Below, piece by piece: positions 15,101-24,881 of a stretch of 32,000 nt of DNA. The stretch comes from Saccharothrix sp. (lineage in GTDB: Bacteria; Actinomycetota; Actinomycetes; Mycobacteriales; Pseudonocardiaceae). The stretch lies in the NCBI RefSeq assembly GCF_031180885.1, contig NZ_JAPSLK010000007.1, positions 114,455 to 146,454 of the forward strand. Direction: 5' to 3'. Each line of letters begins with the position of its first letter. Position 1 is the stretch's first letter. The position numbers and the translations under genes are program-made. Under the pieces are notes generated by a model that worked only from the letters and a program-made list of their open reading frames with translations, did not search any database and was not told where the DNA came from.

Positions 15101-18100
15101 CACGGTGGCGACCTGGTCGGCGGTCAGCGCCGTGATGGTCGCGTCGGCCAGGACGCCCGCGGTGTGCACGGCCGCGGTCAACGGGTGCTCGGCGGGGACC
15201 AGCGCCAGGGCGGCGGCGAGCGCGTCCCGGTCGGCGACGTCGGCCGCGGCGACCAGGACCTGCGCGCCCGCCGCCGTCAGGTCGTCGACCAGCGCGGCGC
15301 AGCCGGGGCTGTCCGCCCCGCGCCGGCTGACCAGCAGCAGGTGCCGCACGCCGTGCGCGGCGACCAGGTGCCGGGCCACCACGGCGCCCAGGCCGCCGGT
15401 GCCGCCGGTGATCACGACGGTGCCGTCGGGGTCGATCGCCCGACCGGTCGGCTCGGGCGCGGACCGGGCCAGGCGGGCGGCGTGCAGCCGGCCCGAGCGG
15501 ATGGCGACCTGCGGTTCCCCGCTCGCGGCGGCCGCGAGGACCAGGGTGTCGTCCGAGCCGTCCGTGTCGACCAGCACCAGGCGACCGGGGTGCTCGGCCT
15601 GCGCCACCCGGACCAGGCCCCACACGGGCGCGTGCGCCAGGTCGTCGACCCGGTCGCCGGGCAGGGCGGCGACCGCGCCGCTGGTGACCAGGACCAGGGT
15701 GGCGTCGGCGAACCGCTGGTCGGTCAGCCACTCCCGCACCAGCGCGAGGGCCGAAGCGGTGGCCTCGTGCGCGTCGGCGGGTGAGTCGCCGCCGCCGGTC
15801 AGCGTGGCCACCACGACGTCGGCGCGTTCGGTGTCGGCCAGGGTGGCGGCCAGGTCGGCCCGGGTCAGCGCCCCGGTGCCGGGGGTCGCGATCGGGGGCC
15901 AGGTGACGGCGAACAGCGAGCTGCCCTGGCCCGCCTTGCCGATCACGGCGCGGGGGACGCCGCGCAGGGTCAGCGACTCGACGGTGAGCACCGGCGCGCC
16001 GGTGGTGTCGGTCAGCTCCAGCCGGACCGCGTCCCGCCCGGTCGGCGACACTCGCACCCGCGCGGCCGTCGCTCCCCTGGTGTGCAGGGTGACGCCCTCC
16101 CAGGCGAACGGCAGCCGGATCTCGTCGCGGTCGCGTGCCGCGTCGGGCAGCAGCGGGTGCAGGGCCGCGTCGAACAGCGCGGGGTGCAGTCCGAACCGGT
16201 CGTCGTGGTCGGCGTCCGGCAGCGCGATCTCGGCCAGGACGTCCGAACCCGCCCGCCACACCGACCGCAGCCCCTGGAACACCGGGCCGTAGTCGTAGCC
16301 GAGCCCGGCCAGCGCCGGGTAGGCGTCGTCGACCGGCTCGGCCACCGCGCCCGCCGGCGGCCACGGGGTCACCGCCGCGGCGGGGCGTTCCCCGGCGGGG
16401 CCCAGCAGGCCCGCGGCGTGCTCGGTCCACGCGGCGGCCGGGTCGTCGGCGGCCGGCCTGGAGTGGACGGTGAACCGGCGCGCGCCGGAGTCGTCCGCGG
16501 CGGCCACCCTGACCTGCACCCGCACCGACTCCCCGGCGGGCAGCGGCAGCGGGGCCTGGAGCGTCAGCTCCGCCACCCGCTCGGCGCCCGTGTGCTCGCC
16601 GGCGGCGAACGCCAGTTCCAGGAACGCGGTGGCGGGCAGGAGCGCCACGCCTTCGATGACGTGGTCGGCCAGCCACGGGTGCGTCCTGGTCGACAGCACG
16701 CCGGTCAGCACCGCGCTCCCGTCGTCGGCCACGTCGACCACGCCGCCCAGCAGCGGGTGCCCGGCCGGTTCGACGCCGAGGCCGCGCGCGTCGGGACGGG
16801 AGCTTGCGGTCAGCCAGAAGTGCTCGCGCTGGAAGGCGTACGTCGGCAGGTCGGCGGGGACGGCGTCCGGGAAGAACGGCCTGAGGTCGACCTCGGCGCC
16901 GGCCGCGTGCGCGGCCGCCAAGCCGGCCACGAAGGTGTCGACCTCCGGCCGGTCCGCGCGGGCCAGCGGCACGGCGGTCGCGGTCGCGCCGGCCGCCTCC
17001 ACGGTCCCCCGCGCCTGTGCGGTCAGGACCGCGTCCGGGCCGATCTCCACGAGCACCGTCGCGCCCAGGCCGGTCGCGGTCACCACGGCGTCGTGGAACC
17101 GGACCGCCGAGCGGATCTGGTCGACCCAGTAGTCGGCGGTGGTGATCCGCTCCGGGGCCACGACCGCGCCGGTGACGGTGGAGACGACCGGGATGACCGG
17201 CGCGTGGAAGGTCAGCCCTGCGGCGACCGCGCGGAACTCGTCGAGGATGTCGTCCATGTGCGGCGAGTGGAACGCGTGGCTGACGCGCAGCGCCCGCACC
17301 CGGTGGCCCTTGTCCTTCCACTGCTGTGCCACGCGGTGCGCGACCTCCGCGTCACCCGCGATCACCACCGCCCGCGGGCCGTTCACGGCGGCGATGTCGA
17401 CCAGCCCGGCGTGCTCGGCGATCGAGGCGGCGACGGCGTCGGGCTCGGCCTCGATCGCGACCATCGCGCCGTCCGACCGCGCGGCCTGCATCAGCCTGCC
17501 GCGGGCGGCGACCAGCGTCGCGGCGTCCTCGGCGGAGAGCACCCCGGCCACGTGCGCGGCGGCCAGTTCGCCGATCGAGTGCCCGGCCACCAGGTCCGGC
17601 GTCACGCCGTGGTGCGCGGCCAGGCGGTGCAGCGCCACCTCGACGGCGAACAGCGCGGGCTGGGTGTACCGGGTCTGGTCGAGGTCCTGCCCGCTCTCGA
17701 CGACCTCGCGCAGCGGTCGGTCCAGGTGCGGGTCGAGGTGCGCGGCGATCTCGTCGAACGCCTCGGCGAACACCGGGAACTCGGCGTGCAGCGCCATGCC
17801 CATGCCGACCCGCTGCGCGCCCTGCCCGGTGAACATCAGCAGGGTCTTGCCGGTCGACGCCGTCCCGCGCACCACGGTCGGGGAGGCGTCGCCGGCCGCG
17901 AGCGCGGCCAGCCCGTCGAGCCGGTCCTGCGCGGTCGAGCCGAGCACCACCGCGCGGTGGGCGAACGGGGTGCGGGTGGTCGCCAGGGCGAGGCCGATGT
18001 CGGCCGGGTGCGCGTCCGCGCGGGCGAGCACGAACTCGCGCAGCCGCGCGGCCTGGGCGCGCAGGCCGTCGCCGGTCGGCGCGGACAGCACCCACGGCGC

Positions 18101-21100
18101 CCGCGCCGGGTCACCGCCGCCGGACCGCTCCGGCTGCGGCTCCACCTCGATGACGGCGTGGGCGTTGGTGCCGCTGATCCCGAACGACGACACGGCCGCG
18201 CGGCGCGGCCGCCCGGTCTCCGGCCACGCGCGGTTCTCGGTGACCAGCGAGACCGCGCCCGAGGCCCAGTCCACGTGCGGCGTCGGCTCGTCCACGTGCA
18301 GGGTGGCCGGGACGACCCCGTGGCGCATCGCCTGCACCAGCTTGATCACGCCACCGACCCCGGCCGCGGCCTGGGCGTGGCCGATGTTGGACTTGAGCGA
18401 CCCGAGCAGCACCGGCTCCCGGTCGCCCCGGTCGGCGCCGTAGGTGGACAGCAGCGCCGTCGCCTCGATCGGGTCGCCCAGGCTGGTGCCGGTGCCGTGC
18501 GCCTCGACCACGTCGACGTCGGCGCCGGTGAGCCCGGCGTCGGCGAGGGCCTGGCGGATCACCCGCCGCTGCGCCAGGCCGCTCGGCGCGGTCAGGCCGT
18601 TGGACGCGCCGTCGGAGTTGACCGCCGAGCCCCGCACCACGGCCAGCACCGGGTGCCCGTTGCGGCGGGCGTCGGACAGCCGCTCGACCACGAGCAGGCC
18701 CACGCCCTCGGCCCACGCGGTGCCGTCGGCGGCGGCGGCGAAGGACTTGCAGCGGGCGTCGGGGGCGAGGCCCTGCTGGCGGGAGAACTCCAGGAACATG
18801 CCCGGCGTCGACATCACCGCCACGCCGCCCGCGATCGCCAGCGACGTCTCGCCCCGGCGCAGCGACTGGACGGCCAGGTGCAGCGCCACCAGGGACGACG
18901 AGCACGCGGTGTCGACGGTGAGGGCGGGGCCGAGCAGGCCCAGCTGGTAGGCGATGCGGCCGGACATGACGCTGGCCGTGCCGCCGGTGAGCAGGTGCCC
19001 CTCGACGTTCGCCGGCGCGTCGTGCATCCGCGGTCCGTAGTCGAACGTCGTGGCGCCGATGAAGACACCGGTGCGGGAGCCGCGCAGGTCGCGGGGGACG
19101 AGACCGGCCCGTTCCAGCGCCTCCCACGTGGTCTCCAGCAGCAGCCGCTGCTGCGGGTCCATCGCCTGCGCCTCGCGCGGGGAGATCCCGAAGAAGCCGG
19201 CGTCGAAGCGGCCCGCGTCGTGCAGGAAACCGCCCTCGCGCACCGAACTGCGGCCGGACGCGCCGGGATCGGGGTCGAACAGGTCCTCGGGCCAGCCGCG
19301 GTCGGCGGGGAACCCGGAGATGGCGTCGCCGTTGCCCGCGACCAGCGCCCACAGGTCCTCCGGCGAGGCGACCCCGCCGGGGTAGCGGCACGCCATCCCG
19401 ATGATGGCGATGGGCTCGTCGTCCGCCACCGCGGCGACCTCGTCGACGTCGTCGGCACCGCCGCCGAGCCGGGCGTCGAGGTGCGCGGCCAGCGCGGCCG
19501 GCGTGGGGTGGTCGTAGAGGGTGCTCGACGGCAGGTCCAGCCCGGTGGCCGCGGCGAGGGCGTCACCGAGTTCCACGGTCATCAGCGAGGTGAAGCCCAG
19601 CTCGCGGAACGGCAGGTCGACCTCGACCGCCTTGCCGGGTGCCAGGCCGAGGACGGCGGCGACGTGCGCGTTCACCAGGTCGGCGGCGCGGGCGGGTCGG
19701 CCGGTGGTGACCGGGCGCGGCGCGGGTGCGGGGGTGGCGCGCGGCGCGGGTGCGGGCTCGGCCGGGCCTTCGGTGACCCAGAAGCGCTCGCGCTGGAAGG
19801 CGTAGGTCGGCAGGTCGACGCGGCGCGCGCCGGTGCCCGCGAACACCTGGCTCCACTCCAGCTCGACGCCGGACACGACCAGCCGGGCCACCGCCGTCAT
19901 CGCGGTGCGGGGCTCCGGCTTGTCCTTGCGCAGCACCGATTCCGCGCGCACCGCGGACCGGTCGACGACGCTTTCGGCGACCATGGCCGAGCACACGCCG
20001 TCCGGGCCGAACTCGACGACCGTGCGCACCCCCGCCGCCTCCACGGCACGCGCGGCGTCGGCGAAGCGGACGGTCGCGCGGACCTGCTCCACCCAGTACT
20101 CCGGGGACGCCAGGAGTTCGGGGGCGGCGACCTGTCCGGTCACCGTGGAGACCACCCTGATCCGCGGCGGGTGGAACTCCAGACCGGACACGACGGCGCG
20201 GAAGTCGTCGAGCATGGGCTCCATGCGGTGGGAGTGGAACGCGTGGCTCACCGCGAGCCGCTTGGTCTTGTGCCCGGCCTCCTTCAGCCGCGCGGCGGCG
20301 TCGAGCACGGCGTCCTCGTCACCGGAGAGCACCACCGCTTCGGGGCCGTTGACGGCGGCGATGGCCACGGTGTCGGACAAGTACTCGGCGACCTGTGCCT
20401 CCGTCGCGCCGACGGCCACCATGGCGCCGCCCTCGGGCAGCGCCTGCATCAGGCGTCCCCGTGCGGCGACGAGCGCGACGGCGTCGGGCAGGGACAGCAC
20501 GCCCGCGACGTGCGCGGCGGCGACCTCGCCGATGGAGTGGCCCAGCACGAAGTCCGGTCGCAGGCCCCACGACTCGAACAGCCGGAACAACGCCACCTCG
20601 ACCGCGAACAGCGCGGGCTGGGTGTACCCGGTCTGGTCGAGGTCTTCCCCGCTCTCGACCACCTCGCGCAAGGGCCGGTCCAGGAGCGGGTCGAGCAGCG
20701 CCACGACCTGGTCGAAAGACCGCGCGTAGACCGGGAACTCGGCGTGCAGCGCCATGCCCATGCCGACCCGCTGCGCGCCCTGGCCGGTGAACACGGCCGC
20801 GGTCGCGCCCGCCGACGCGACGCCGGTGACGAGCCCGGCGGCCGGGGCGCCCGCGGCCAGCGCGCGCAGGCCGGCGACCAGTTCGGCGCGGTCCGCGGCG
20901 ACGACGGCGGCGCGGTGGGGGAACCGGGTGCGCGTGGTCAGCGCGGACCAGCCCACGGACGCGATGTCGGCGTCACCCGCCTCGACCGCGTCCGAGAGCC
21001 GCTCGGCCTGCGCGCGCAGCGCTTCCGGGCTCCGGCCGGTGACGACCACCGGCAGCGGTGCCGTGACGTCGGGCTGTCGGGCGCCGGTGGGCTCGGCGCG

Positions 21101-22426
21101 CCGCGCGGTCGGCGCGGGCTGCGCGGTCGGCGCTTCCGCGACGACGACGTGGCAGTTGGTGCCGCCCATGCCGAAGGAGCTGACGCCCGCGACGAGCCGG
21201 CGGTCCGGGTGCGGCCACGGCGAGCGGCTGGTGACCACGGAGAGGTTCAGCTCGTCGAACGGGATGGCCGGGTTCGGCGTCTCGAAGTTGAGGCTCGCGG
21301 GCAGTTCGCGGTGGGCGACCGCCAGCACGGTCTTCACCAGGCCGGTGATGCCGGCGGCGGCCTCCAGGTGGCCGATGTTGGTCTTCACCGAGCCGACGAC
21401 CAGGGGGTCGCCGGACCGCTTGAGCGTGCCGATCGACGCGCCCAGCGCCGCGGCCTCGATCGGGTCGCCCACCGGGGTGCCGGTCCCGTGCAGCTCGACG
21501 TACTGCACGTCGTCCGGCGACACGCCCGCCCGGCGGTGCGCCGTCCGCACCACCTGCTCCTGCGCGAACGCGCTGGGCACCGTGAGCCCGGAGGTCGCGC
21601 CGTCGTTGTTGACCGCGCTGCCCAGCAGCACGCCGTGCACCCGGTCACCGTCGGCGAGGGCGGCCCGCAGCGGCTTGAGCACGACCACGGCGGCGCCCTC
21701 GCCGCGCGCGTAGCCGTTGGCGCGGGCGTCGAAGGTGTGGCAGCGGCCGTCGGGGGACAGCCCGCCGAACCGCTCGGCGCCCAGCACGGTCTCGGCGAGG
21801 ATGTTGAGGTTCACGCCCGCGGCCAGCGCCAGCGCGGAGTCGCCCGAGCGCAGCGACTCGCACGCCAGGTGCACCGCGACCAGCGACGACGACTGGCTGG
21901 TGTCGACGGTGAGGCTGGCGCCGCGCAGGCCCAGGGCGTAGGAGACGCGGTTGGCGATGACGCCGCGGTGCACGCCCGCGTTGGTGTGCTGGGTGATCGC
22001 GGCCGAGCCCTGCCGGTAGACCAGGCCCGCGTAGTCCTCGCGCGCGGTGCCGACGAAGACCGAGGTCGGGCTGCCCTCCAGGTCGGCGGCGACGATCCCG
22101 GCGTCCTCCAGCGCGGACCAGGCCAGCTCCAGCAGCAGGCGCTGCTGCGGGTCCATCACCCGCGCCTCGCGCGGCGAGATGCCGAAGAAGGCGGCGTCGA
22201 AGTCGGCTATCGAGTCCAGGAAACCGCCTCGGCGCACCGGATCGCCCGGGTCGGCGGAGATCGGTTCCCAGCGGTGCGCGGGCATGTCGGTCAGCGCCTC
22301 GCGCCCGGACCGCAGCAGGTCCCAGAACGCGGCCACGTCCGGCGCGCCGGGCAGCAGGCAGGACATCCCGATGACCGCGATCGCGTCCTCGTGCTGGGTG
22401 CCGTGGAAATGCTGACTGCTCGACAT
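9128..22426 (-). CDS. Modular type I PKS with a loading module and two extension modules: KSQ-AT-ACP / KS-AT-DH-KR-ACP / KS-AT-DH-KR-ACP-dock (about 4432 aa)
   Basis: The ORF is 9128..22504. The preferred start is ATG 22426 ([23 protein letters not shown]...), preceded by GAAGGG; the 26 codons upstream are basic and atypical. KS active sites are DTSQSSS (Gln codon 21893-21895), DTACSSS (Cys 18902-18904) and DTACSSS (Cys 13808-13810). AT active-site Ser codons are 20534-20536, 17576-17578 and 12479-12481. ACP Ser codons are 19586-19588, 14498-14500 and 9509-9511. DH catalytic His codons are 16661-16663 and 11579-11581. KR TGGTG motifs lie at ~15381-15422 and ~10401-10427. The C-terminal ~80 aa look like a docking domain. 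Confidence 0.95.
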   Translation of the reverse strand: MSSSQHFHGTQHEDAIAVIGMSCLLPGAPDVAAFWDLLRSGREALTDMPAHRWEPISADPGDPVRRGGFLDSIADFDAAFFGISPREARVMDPQQRLLLELAWSALEDAGIVAADLEGSPTSVFVGTAREDYAGLVYRQGSAAITQHTNAGVHRGVIANRVSYALGLRGASLTVDTSQSSSLVAVHLACESLRSGDSALALAAGVNLNILAETVLGAERFGGLSPDGRCHTFDARANGYARGEGAAVVVLKPLRAALADGDRVHGVLLGSAVNNDGATSGLTVPSAFAQEQVVRTAHRRAGVSPDDVQYVELHGTGTPVGDPIEAAALGASIGTLKRSGDPLVVGSVKTNIGHLEAAAGITGLVKTVLAVAHRELPASLNFETPNPAIPFDELNLSVVTSRSPWPHPDRRLVAGVSSFGMGGTNCHVVVAEAPTAQPAPTARRAEPTGARQPDVTAPLPVVVTGRSPEALRAQAERLSDAVEAGDADIASVGWSALTTRTRFPHRAAVVAADRAELVAGLRALAAGAPAAGLVTGVASAGATAAVFTGQGAQRVGMGMALHAEFPVYARSFDQVVALLDPLLDRPLREVVESGEDLDQTGYTQPALFAVEVALFRLFESWGLRPDFVLGHSIGEVAAAHVAGVLSLPDAVALVAARGRLMQALPEGGAMVAVGATEAQVAEYLSDTVAIAAVNGPEAVVLSGDEDAVLDAAARLKEAGHKTKRLAVSHAFHSHRMEPMLDDFRAVVSGLEFHPPRIRVVSTVTGQVAAPELLASPEYWVEQVRATVRFADAARAVEAAGVRTVVEFGPDGVCSAMVAESVVDRSAVRAESVLRKDKPEPRTAMTAVARLVVSGVELEWSQVFAGTGARRVDLPTYAFQRERFWVTEGPAEPAPAPRATPAPAPRPVTTGRPARAADLVNAHVAAVLGLAPGKAVEVDLPFRELGFTSLMTVELGDALAAATGLDLPSSTLYDHPTPAALAAHLDARLGGGADDVDEVAAVADDEPIAIIGMACRYPGGVASPEDLWALVAGNGDAISGFPADRGWPEDLFDPDPGASGRSSVREGGFLHDAGRFDAGFFGISPREAQAMDPQQRLLLETTWEALERAGLVPRDLRGSRTGVFIGATTFDYGPRMHDAPANVEGHLLTGGTASVMSGRIAYQLGLLGPALTVDTACSSSLVALHLAVQSLRRGETSLAIAGGVAVMSTPGMFLEFSRQQGLAPDARCKSFAAAADGTAWAEGVGLLVVERLSDARRNGHPVLAVVRGSAVNSDGASNGLTAPSGLAQRRVIRQALADAGLTGADVDVVEAHGTGTSLGDPIEATALLSTYGADRGDREPVLLGSLKSNIGHAQAAAGVGGVIKLVQAMRHGVVPATLHVDEPTPHVDWASGAVSLVTENRAWPETGRPRRAAVSSFGISGTNAHAVIEVEPQPERSGGGDPARAPWVLSAPTGDGLRAQAARLREFVLARADAHPADIGLALATTRTPFAHRAVVLGSTAQDRLDGLAALAAGDASPTVVRGTASTGKTLLMFTGQGAQRVGMGMALHAEFPVFAEAFDEIAAHLDPHLDRPLREVVESGQDLDQTRYTQPALFAVEVALHRLAAHHGVTPDLVAGHSIGELAAAHVAGVLSAEDAATLVAARGRLMQAARSDGAMVAIEAEPDAVAASIAEHAGLVDIAAVNGPRAVVIAGDAEVAHRVAQQWKDKGHRVRALRVSHAFHSPHMDDILDEFRAVAAGLTFHAPVIPVVSTVTGAVVAPERITTADYWVDQIRSAVRFHDAVVTATGLGATVLVEIGPDAVLTAQARGTVEAAGATATAVPLARADRPEVDTFVAGLAAAHAAGAEVDLRPFFPDAVPADLPTYAFQREHFWLTASSRPDARGLGVEPAGHPLLGGVVDVADDGSAVLTGVLSTRTHPWLADHVIEGVALLPATAFLELAFAAGEHTGAERVAELTLQAPLPLPAGESVRVQVRVAAADDSGARRFTVHSRPAADDPAAAWTEHAAGLLGPAGERPAAAVTPWPPAGAVAEPVDDAYPALAGLGYDYGPVFQGLRSVWRAGSDVLAEIALPDADHDDRFGLHPALFDAALHPLLPDAARDRDEIRLPFAWEGVTLHTRGATAARVRVSPTGRDAVRLELTDTTGAPVLTVESLTLRGVPRAVIGKAGQGSSLFAVTWPPIATPGTGALTRADLAATLADTERADVVVATLTGGGDSPADAHEATASALALVREWLTDQRFADATLVLVTSGAVAALPGDRVDDLAHAPVWGLVRVAQAEHPGRLVLVDTDGSDDTLVLAAAASGEPQVAIRSGRLHAARLARSAPEPTGRAIDPDGTVVITGGTGGLGAVVARHLVAAHGVRHLLLVSRRGADSPGCAALVDDLTAAGAQVLVAAADVADRDALAAALALVPAEHPLTAAVHTAGVLADATITALTADQVATVLRPKVDGAWHLHALTADDDLAAFVLFSSVSGILGTAGQANYAAANTYLDALAAHRAAQGLAATSLAWGLWGAEAEGMGATLSEADVRRWSRAGVTPLTPAQGLAMFDEALGSGHPLLVPAALDLAAGGERPRLWHGLVRPRRAERRAVPDGWAARISALPEAEREPAVLELVRNTAALALGHTSGAAVEPARAFKDQGFDSLTSVELRNQLGATTGLTLPSTVVFDHPSPRALAAYLLGRLGGEAAAGAAVKATVADDEPIAIIGMACRYPGGVRSPEDLWRLVAEGGDAISGFPTNRGWDLDGLYDPDPEAIGTSYIREGGFLHDADLFDRDFFGISPREATATDPQQRLLLETAWHTFESAAIDPATLRGSNTGVFVGAMYDDYAAHLKSVPPEFEGFLLVGNTSSVISGRLAYTYGLEGPAVTVDTACSSSLVALHLAGQALRSGESDLVLAGGVTVMAGPGSFIEFSRQRGLSPSGRCKSFSADADGTVWSEGVGLLLLERLSDARRNGHRVLAVLRGSAINQDGASNGLTAPNGPSQERVIRQALANAGLSPADVDVVEAHGTGTPLGDPIEAQALLATYGAAHDADRPLWLGSLKSNIGHSQAAAGVGGVIKMVEAIRHRTLPRTLHAETPSPHVDWSSGGLALLTGEQPWDRGSEPRRAAVSSFGISGTNAHVIIEEAPEAPAETDTPVTAELPVVPWLLSGSSVAGLRAHAARIGELLAEGDVDRLDVALSLATTRSALAHRGVVVAADRDELLRGLSELAADGPEAVRGVRTEGLTAFMFTGGGAQRVGMAKQLCEAFPVFRDAFHEVADELDKGLPRPLREVIDTGEDLDRIDNLLAGLFAVGVALFRQLAAWGVHPDFLIGHSTGELIAAHVAGVLSLPDAATLVTARGQLMNGLPDGGAMIAIEATEQEVLETLPASGRVVIGTINGPRSVVVSGDTDAAEAVAALWKERGRRTRRLAVSVASHSPRMEPMLEEFRAVAEGLTFHRPKIRVVSTVTGEVESGDRWTTPDYWVDHVRLPVRFVDGVRELEAQGVATMLELGPDGVLSAMAAACVERAVPIPAMRNGQDEPRTLVGALGLLHTRGVPVDWAAFFAGTGAEVVDLPPYPFQRERYWLESPGVPVAFGPKPGDHPVLGGTVRLADTDEALFTGLASQAAHPWLAEHTVSDTVVLPASALAEAAAWAGREVGCPVVAELAVAAEPAVPESGATSVQARVGEADESGRRAVSVHAEVAEGEWVRVATGVLTAETTTPARRGDGTAVDLRLGDGHTRDAAGFGLHPTLLREALALAGVTRGHLAEGWRGLRLHATGVSAVRALVTPTGENTASVLLTDADGGLVATVDSVTWRDRTPADVVGGPGPTRSLHRLEWTALPLTPGTPPARWAAIGGTRTDLPVFDDVTAVTEAAEVLLLNADVEPGDDAAARTRTATSGVLASLRAWLADQRLAETRLVVLTRGAVVAAETDVCDPAAAALWGLVRSAQLENPGRIVLVDTDTVDLALLAALLDTDEPAAAVRGGEVLAPRLGRVGDSVPDAGPGGWPTSGTVLITGGTGALGAEVARHLVTAHGVRRLLLVNRSGADAERAEPLRRELAEHGASVEIAACDVADRDAVAALLAGVPAEHPLTAVVHAAGVLDGNPVTELEPAQLERVLRAKVDGAWHLHELTEGVALSAFVLFSALPGVTGGPGQANYAAANAFLDGLARHRASRGLPATALGWGLWEVDGGIGAGATDAALARLRRDGFAQVGVAHGLAVLDAALGLPDAALTATPLDLDAARAGGEVNPLLRGLVPPATRPTEDDGLPLAQRLAELPADQHEATVLRLVAGQVAAVLGLRDADAVDPERPFQELGFDSLTAVELRNRLGAAVGVKLAATLVFDYPTPAALTAFLLREIAPESAAPTASPVLAELDKLEDVLSGIGEDDRSRDTITVRLQTILSRWMETWHGSGITAGTPDAAIEEASTAELLAFIDNQLGRADS
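9440..14330 (-). other. Extension module 2: KS-AT(atypical, VASH)-DH(HxxxD)-KR(LDG)-ACP
   Basis: KS DTACSSS. The AT has [25 protein letters not shown] and VASH (12173-12184). The DH has HPVLGG... and [10 protein letters not shown]. The KR has [18 protein letters not shown] and [21 protein letters not shown]. Confidence 0.8.
14420..19415 (-). other. Extension module 1: KS-AT(HAFH)-DH-KR-ACP
   Basis: [13 protein letters not shown]...DTACSSS; GHSIGE with HAFH (17267-17278); DH HPLLGG... and [45 protein letters not shown]. No ER motif is present. Confidence 0.85.
19510..22395 (-). other. Loading module KSQ-AT-ACP (decarboxylative priming; the AT motifs are malonyl-type)
   Basis: The KS has [13 protein letters not shown], with Gln in place of the active-site Cys, and retains [12 protein letters not shown] and [10 protein letters not shown]. 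The AT has GHSIGE and HAFH (20234-20245). The ACP has [13 protein letters not shown]. Confidence 0.85.
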
Positions 22427-22667
22427 GAGGTGTCTGCCCTTCGCTTGCCGCCGGAAACCGTGATGGGTTTTCCCAGACCGAAACCACTTCGACCCTAGGC
22501 ACAACGCCCCGGCAGTTGATCCACCGGCGGTCTCCGACCGGTAAAACCGCGCGATCGACCACCCGGTTACCGGATTTCTTCCGATTTGAGCGCGGTAAAA
22601 ATCCGGGAAGGATCACCGAATCGCCGCCCGCCGCGCGCCATTACCGGGGCTAGACCGGAGGTAGACG
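22427..22667. promoter_or_regulatory. Divergent promoter/operator region between the PKS operon (minus) and the aminotransferase gene (plus)
   Basis: 241-bp non-coding gap, locally AT-enriched. It contains the inverted repeat CCGGATTT (22571-22578) / AAATCCGG (22599-22606), the palindrome CCGGTTACCGG (22563-22573), GGTAAAA twice (22540-22546 and 22594-22600), and ATTACCGGGG (22640-22649). I could not place a confident -35/-10 pair. Confidence 0.55.
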
Positions 22668-24278
22668 GTGATTCACCCGGCGTTGGCTACGGTCGGCCCC
22701 GCCAGCACCCGACGTGGAATGGGGAAGAAGATGAACCCAGTGGTCGACAAGCCCGAACTGGCCGAGCCGTACATGTTCGCCTGGCTGGCCGCCAACGGGC
22801 TCGGGGTCGAGTACACCAGGTCGAAGAAGGACTCCCTGTTCTACCGCGACGCCGACGGCGCCGAGGTCGAGGTGCTCGACCTCGTCGGCGGCTACGGGTC
22901 GACCATCCACGGGCACAACAACCCGGAGCTCGTCGAGTACGCGAAATCGCTCCTGGACGCCGGCACCCCGATCCACGCCCAGTTCTCCCGGCACCCCTAC
23001 GCGAACGACCTCGCCTGGACGCTGAACACCATCGTGCGCCGCGAGCTGGGCACCGACGAGCACTACCAGGTGATCTTCGCCAACAGCGGCGCCGAGGCCA
23101 ACGAGGTCGCCATCAAGCACGCCGAGATGGACCGCGTGCTCAAGATCGGCGAGGCGCTCGCCGAGGTGGAGGCCCACATCGAGGCCGCCATCGCAGCGGC
23201 GGCGGCCGGCGCCACGGTGGACGCGTCACCCCTGCCGGGCTCGACCCTCGACGAGGTCGTCGCCGCCCTGCGCGCGGCCAACACCGAGCGCGCCGCCACG
23301 CCGCCGGTCTACCTCGCCCCCAACGGTTCCTTCCACGGCAAGCTCGCGGGCAGCATCCAGCTCACCCACAACGTCAGCTACCGCACGCCGTTCAGCGCGA
23401 TGGCCGCGCAGTGCCGGTTCCTGCCGCTGGAGCCCGACGCCGTCGCCGACGCGATCGCCGCGGAGAGCCGGACCCTGCTCGACCTCGCCGTGGACGGCGA
23501 CGTCATCCGGGTGGTCGAGCGCCCGCTGCCGGTGATCAGCGCGTTCGTCCTGGAGCCCATCCAGGGCGAGGCGGGCATCCGGATCCTGGACGCCGACGCC
23601 CTCGCCCGCGTGCGCGAAGTCCTCGACGCCGCCGGCATCCGCGTCATCGTGGACGAGGTGCAGAGCGGCATGGGCCGCTCGGGCGCGTTCTTCGCCGCGT
23701 CGCACCTGGGGCTGCGCGGCGACTACATCACCCTGGCCAAGAGCCTGGGCGGCGGCATCGCCAAGGCGGCGGTCACGCTGATCCGGTCGTCGATCTACCG
23801 CACCGACTTCGAGCTGCTGCACACCTCCACCTACGCCAAGGACAGCTTCTCCACCCTCATCGCCGCGCGCGCCGTGGACATGCTGGAGGCCGACGACGGC
23901 GCGGCGTACCGGAAGGCGGCCGAGCGGGGCGACAAGCTGCTCGCCATGCTGAACTCGCTGCGCGAGGAGTTCGGCGACGTCGTCAAGGACGTGCGCGGCA
24001 AGGGTTTGATGACCGGTCTGGAGTTCCACGACCTGTCCGACTCGGAGTCCGACATCCTCGCCGAGCAGGCCCGGGGCGGCCTGATCGGGTACATGTTCTC
24101 GGGCTACCTGCTGCGCGAGCACAACATGCGGGTCTTCCCGACCGCCAGCGCCACCAGCACCCTGCGCTTCGAACCGTCCATCCACATCACCGACGAGGAG
24201 ATCGCCCGCGCCGAGGTGGGTCTGCGCGCGCTCATCGGCCACATCCGGGCCGAGGACGGCAAGGCCCTGCTCGGCTGA
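22668..24278 (+). CDS. Class III (omega-type) PLP-dependent aminotransferase
   Basis: 536-aa ORF. GTG 22668 lies 6 nt after GGAGG (22657-22661); alternative ATG starts are at 22719 and 22731. Motifs: VIFANSGAEANEVAIKHA, FHGK, EPIQGEAGI, VDEVQSGMGRSG, and TLAKSLGGG with the putative Schiff-base Lys codon at 23739-23741. Confidence 0.9.
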   Translation: MIHPALATVGPASTRRGMGKKMNPVVDKPELAEPYMFAWLAANGLGVEYTRSKKDSLFYRDADGAEVEVLDLVGGYGSTIHGHNNPELVEYAKSLLDAGTPIHAQFSRHPYANDLAWTLNTIVRRELGTDEHYQVIFANSGAEANEVAIKHAEMDRVLKIGEALAEVEAHIEAAIAAAAAGATVDASPLPGSTLDEVVAALRAANTERAATPPVYLAPNGSFHGKLAGSIQLTHNVSYRTPFSAMAAQCRFLPLEPDAVADAIAAESRTLLDLAVDGDVIRVVERPLPVISAFVLEPIQGEAGIRILDADALARVREVLDAAGIRVIVDEVQSGMGRSGAFFAASHLGLRGDYITLAKSLGGGIAKAAVTLIRSSIYRTDFELLHTSTYAKDSFSTLIAARAVDMLEADDGAAYRKAAERGDKLLAMLNSLREEFGDVVKDVRGKGLMTGLEFHDLSDSESDILAEQARGGLIGYMFSGYLLREHNMRVFPTASATSTLRFEPSIHITDEEIARAEVGLRALIGHIRAEDGKALLG

Positions 24279-24306
24279 GCCGTGCCCCTTGATGTCGGTG
24301 GGGCGA

Positions 24307-24348
24307 GGCCGCGGGAAAGGACCACGTGCACGGTCCTTCCCCGCGGCC
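24307..24348. terminator. Strong hairpin between convergent genes (putative bidirectional terminator)
   Basis: GGCCGCGGGAAAGGACC (24307-24323), loop ACGTGCAC (24324-24331), GGTCCTTCCCCGCGGCC (24332-24348). The stem pairs at 16 of 17 positions. Confidence 0.6.
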
Positions 24349-24375
24349 GGCGCGGTCGTCGCCGCGCCGACCGGC

Positions 24376-24807
24376 TCAGTTGAGCTTCTCGCCGTAGACG
24401 CGCTCGACCTTGAGCGAGATGAGGACGCGCCGCTCGGCCACCATGACCGCCCGGTACTCGTCCCAGTCCGGGTGCTCGCCCGCGCCGAAGCGGTAGTAGT
24501 CGACTAACGCCTCGACCTCGGGCCCGTTGGGGTCGGTCCCCGGGCCGGTCAGGGTGACGGTGCCCTCGGCGGTCGCCCACGACCACCCGTCGGCGCTGGT
24601 GACCTCCAGCGCCGCGCGCGGGTCCCGGCGCAGGTTCGTGGTCTTGGCGTAGCCTTCGTTCGTCGACACCAAGATGACACCGGCGTCCCGGTCGTAGAAG
24701 TGATACACGGGGGACAGATGCGGGAAGCCGTTCCGCTTGAGTGTCGCGAGAACACCGATATTGCTTTTCGCGATCAGTTCGTGCGCGTTGAATGACGAAG
24801 CAGTCAT
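24376..24807 (-). CDS. PPOX-class (pyridoxamine 5'-phosphate oxidase-like split-barrel) oxidoreductase, probably F420- or flavin-dependent
   Basis: The ORF-track entry 24376..25026 begins with a 73-codon Arg/Pro/Gly-rich extension that overlaps the ROK gene's 3' end. The likely start is ATG 24807: MTASSFNAHELIAKSNIGVLATLKRNGFPHLSPVYHFYDRDAGVILVSTNEGYAKTTNLRRDPRAALEV...GTVTLTG (143 aa). This pattern is typical of the small actinobacterial PPOX/F420 family. The RBS is weak. Confidence 0.65.
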   Translation of the reverse strand: MTASSFNAHELIAKSNIGVLATLKRNGFPHLSPVYHFYDRDAGVILVSTNEGYAKTTNLRRDPRAALEVTSADGWSWATAEGTVTLTGPGTDPNGPEVEALVDYYRFGAGEHPDWDEYRAVMVAERRVLISLKVERVYGEKLN

Positions 24808-24881
24808 GCCCGGATTATTGCGCTTCGCGGGGGCGTGACGATCTCGGGGTGGTCTCCGTCCCGTCTTGACCGGTCGAAGGA

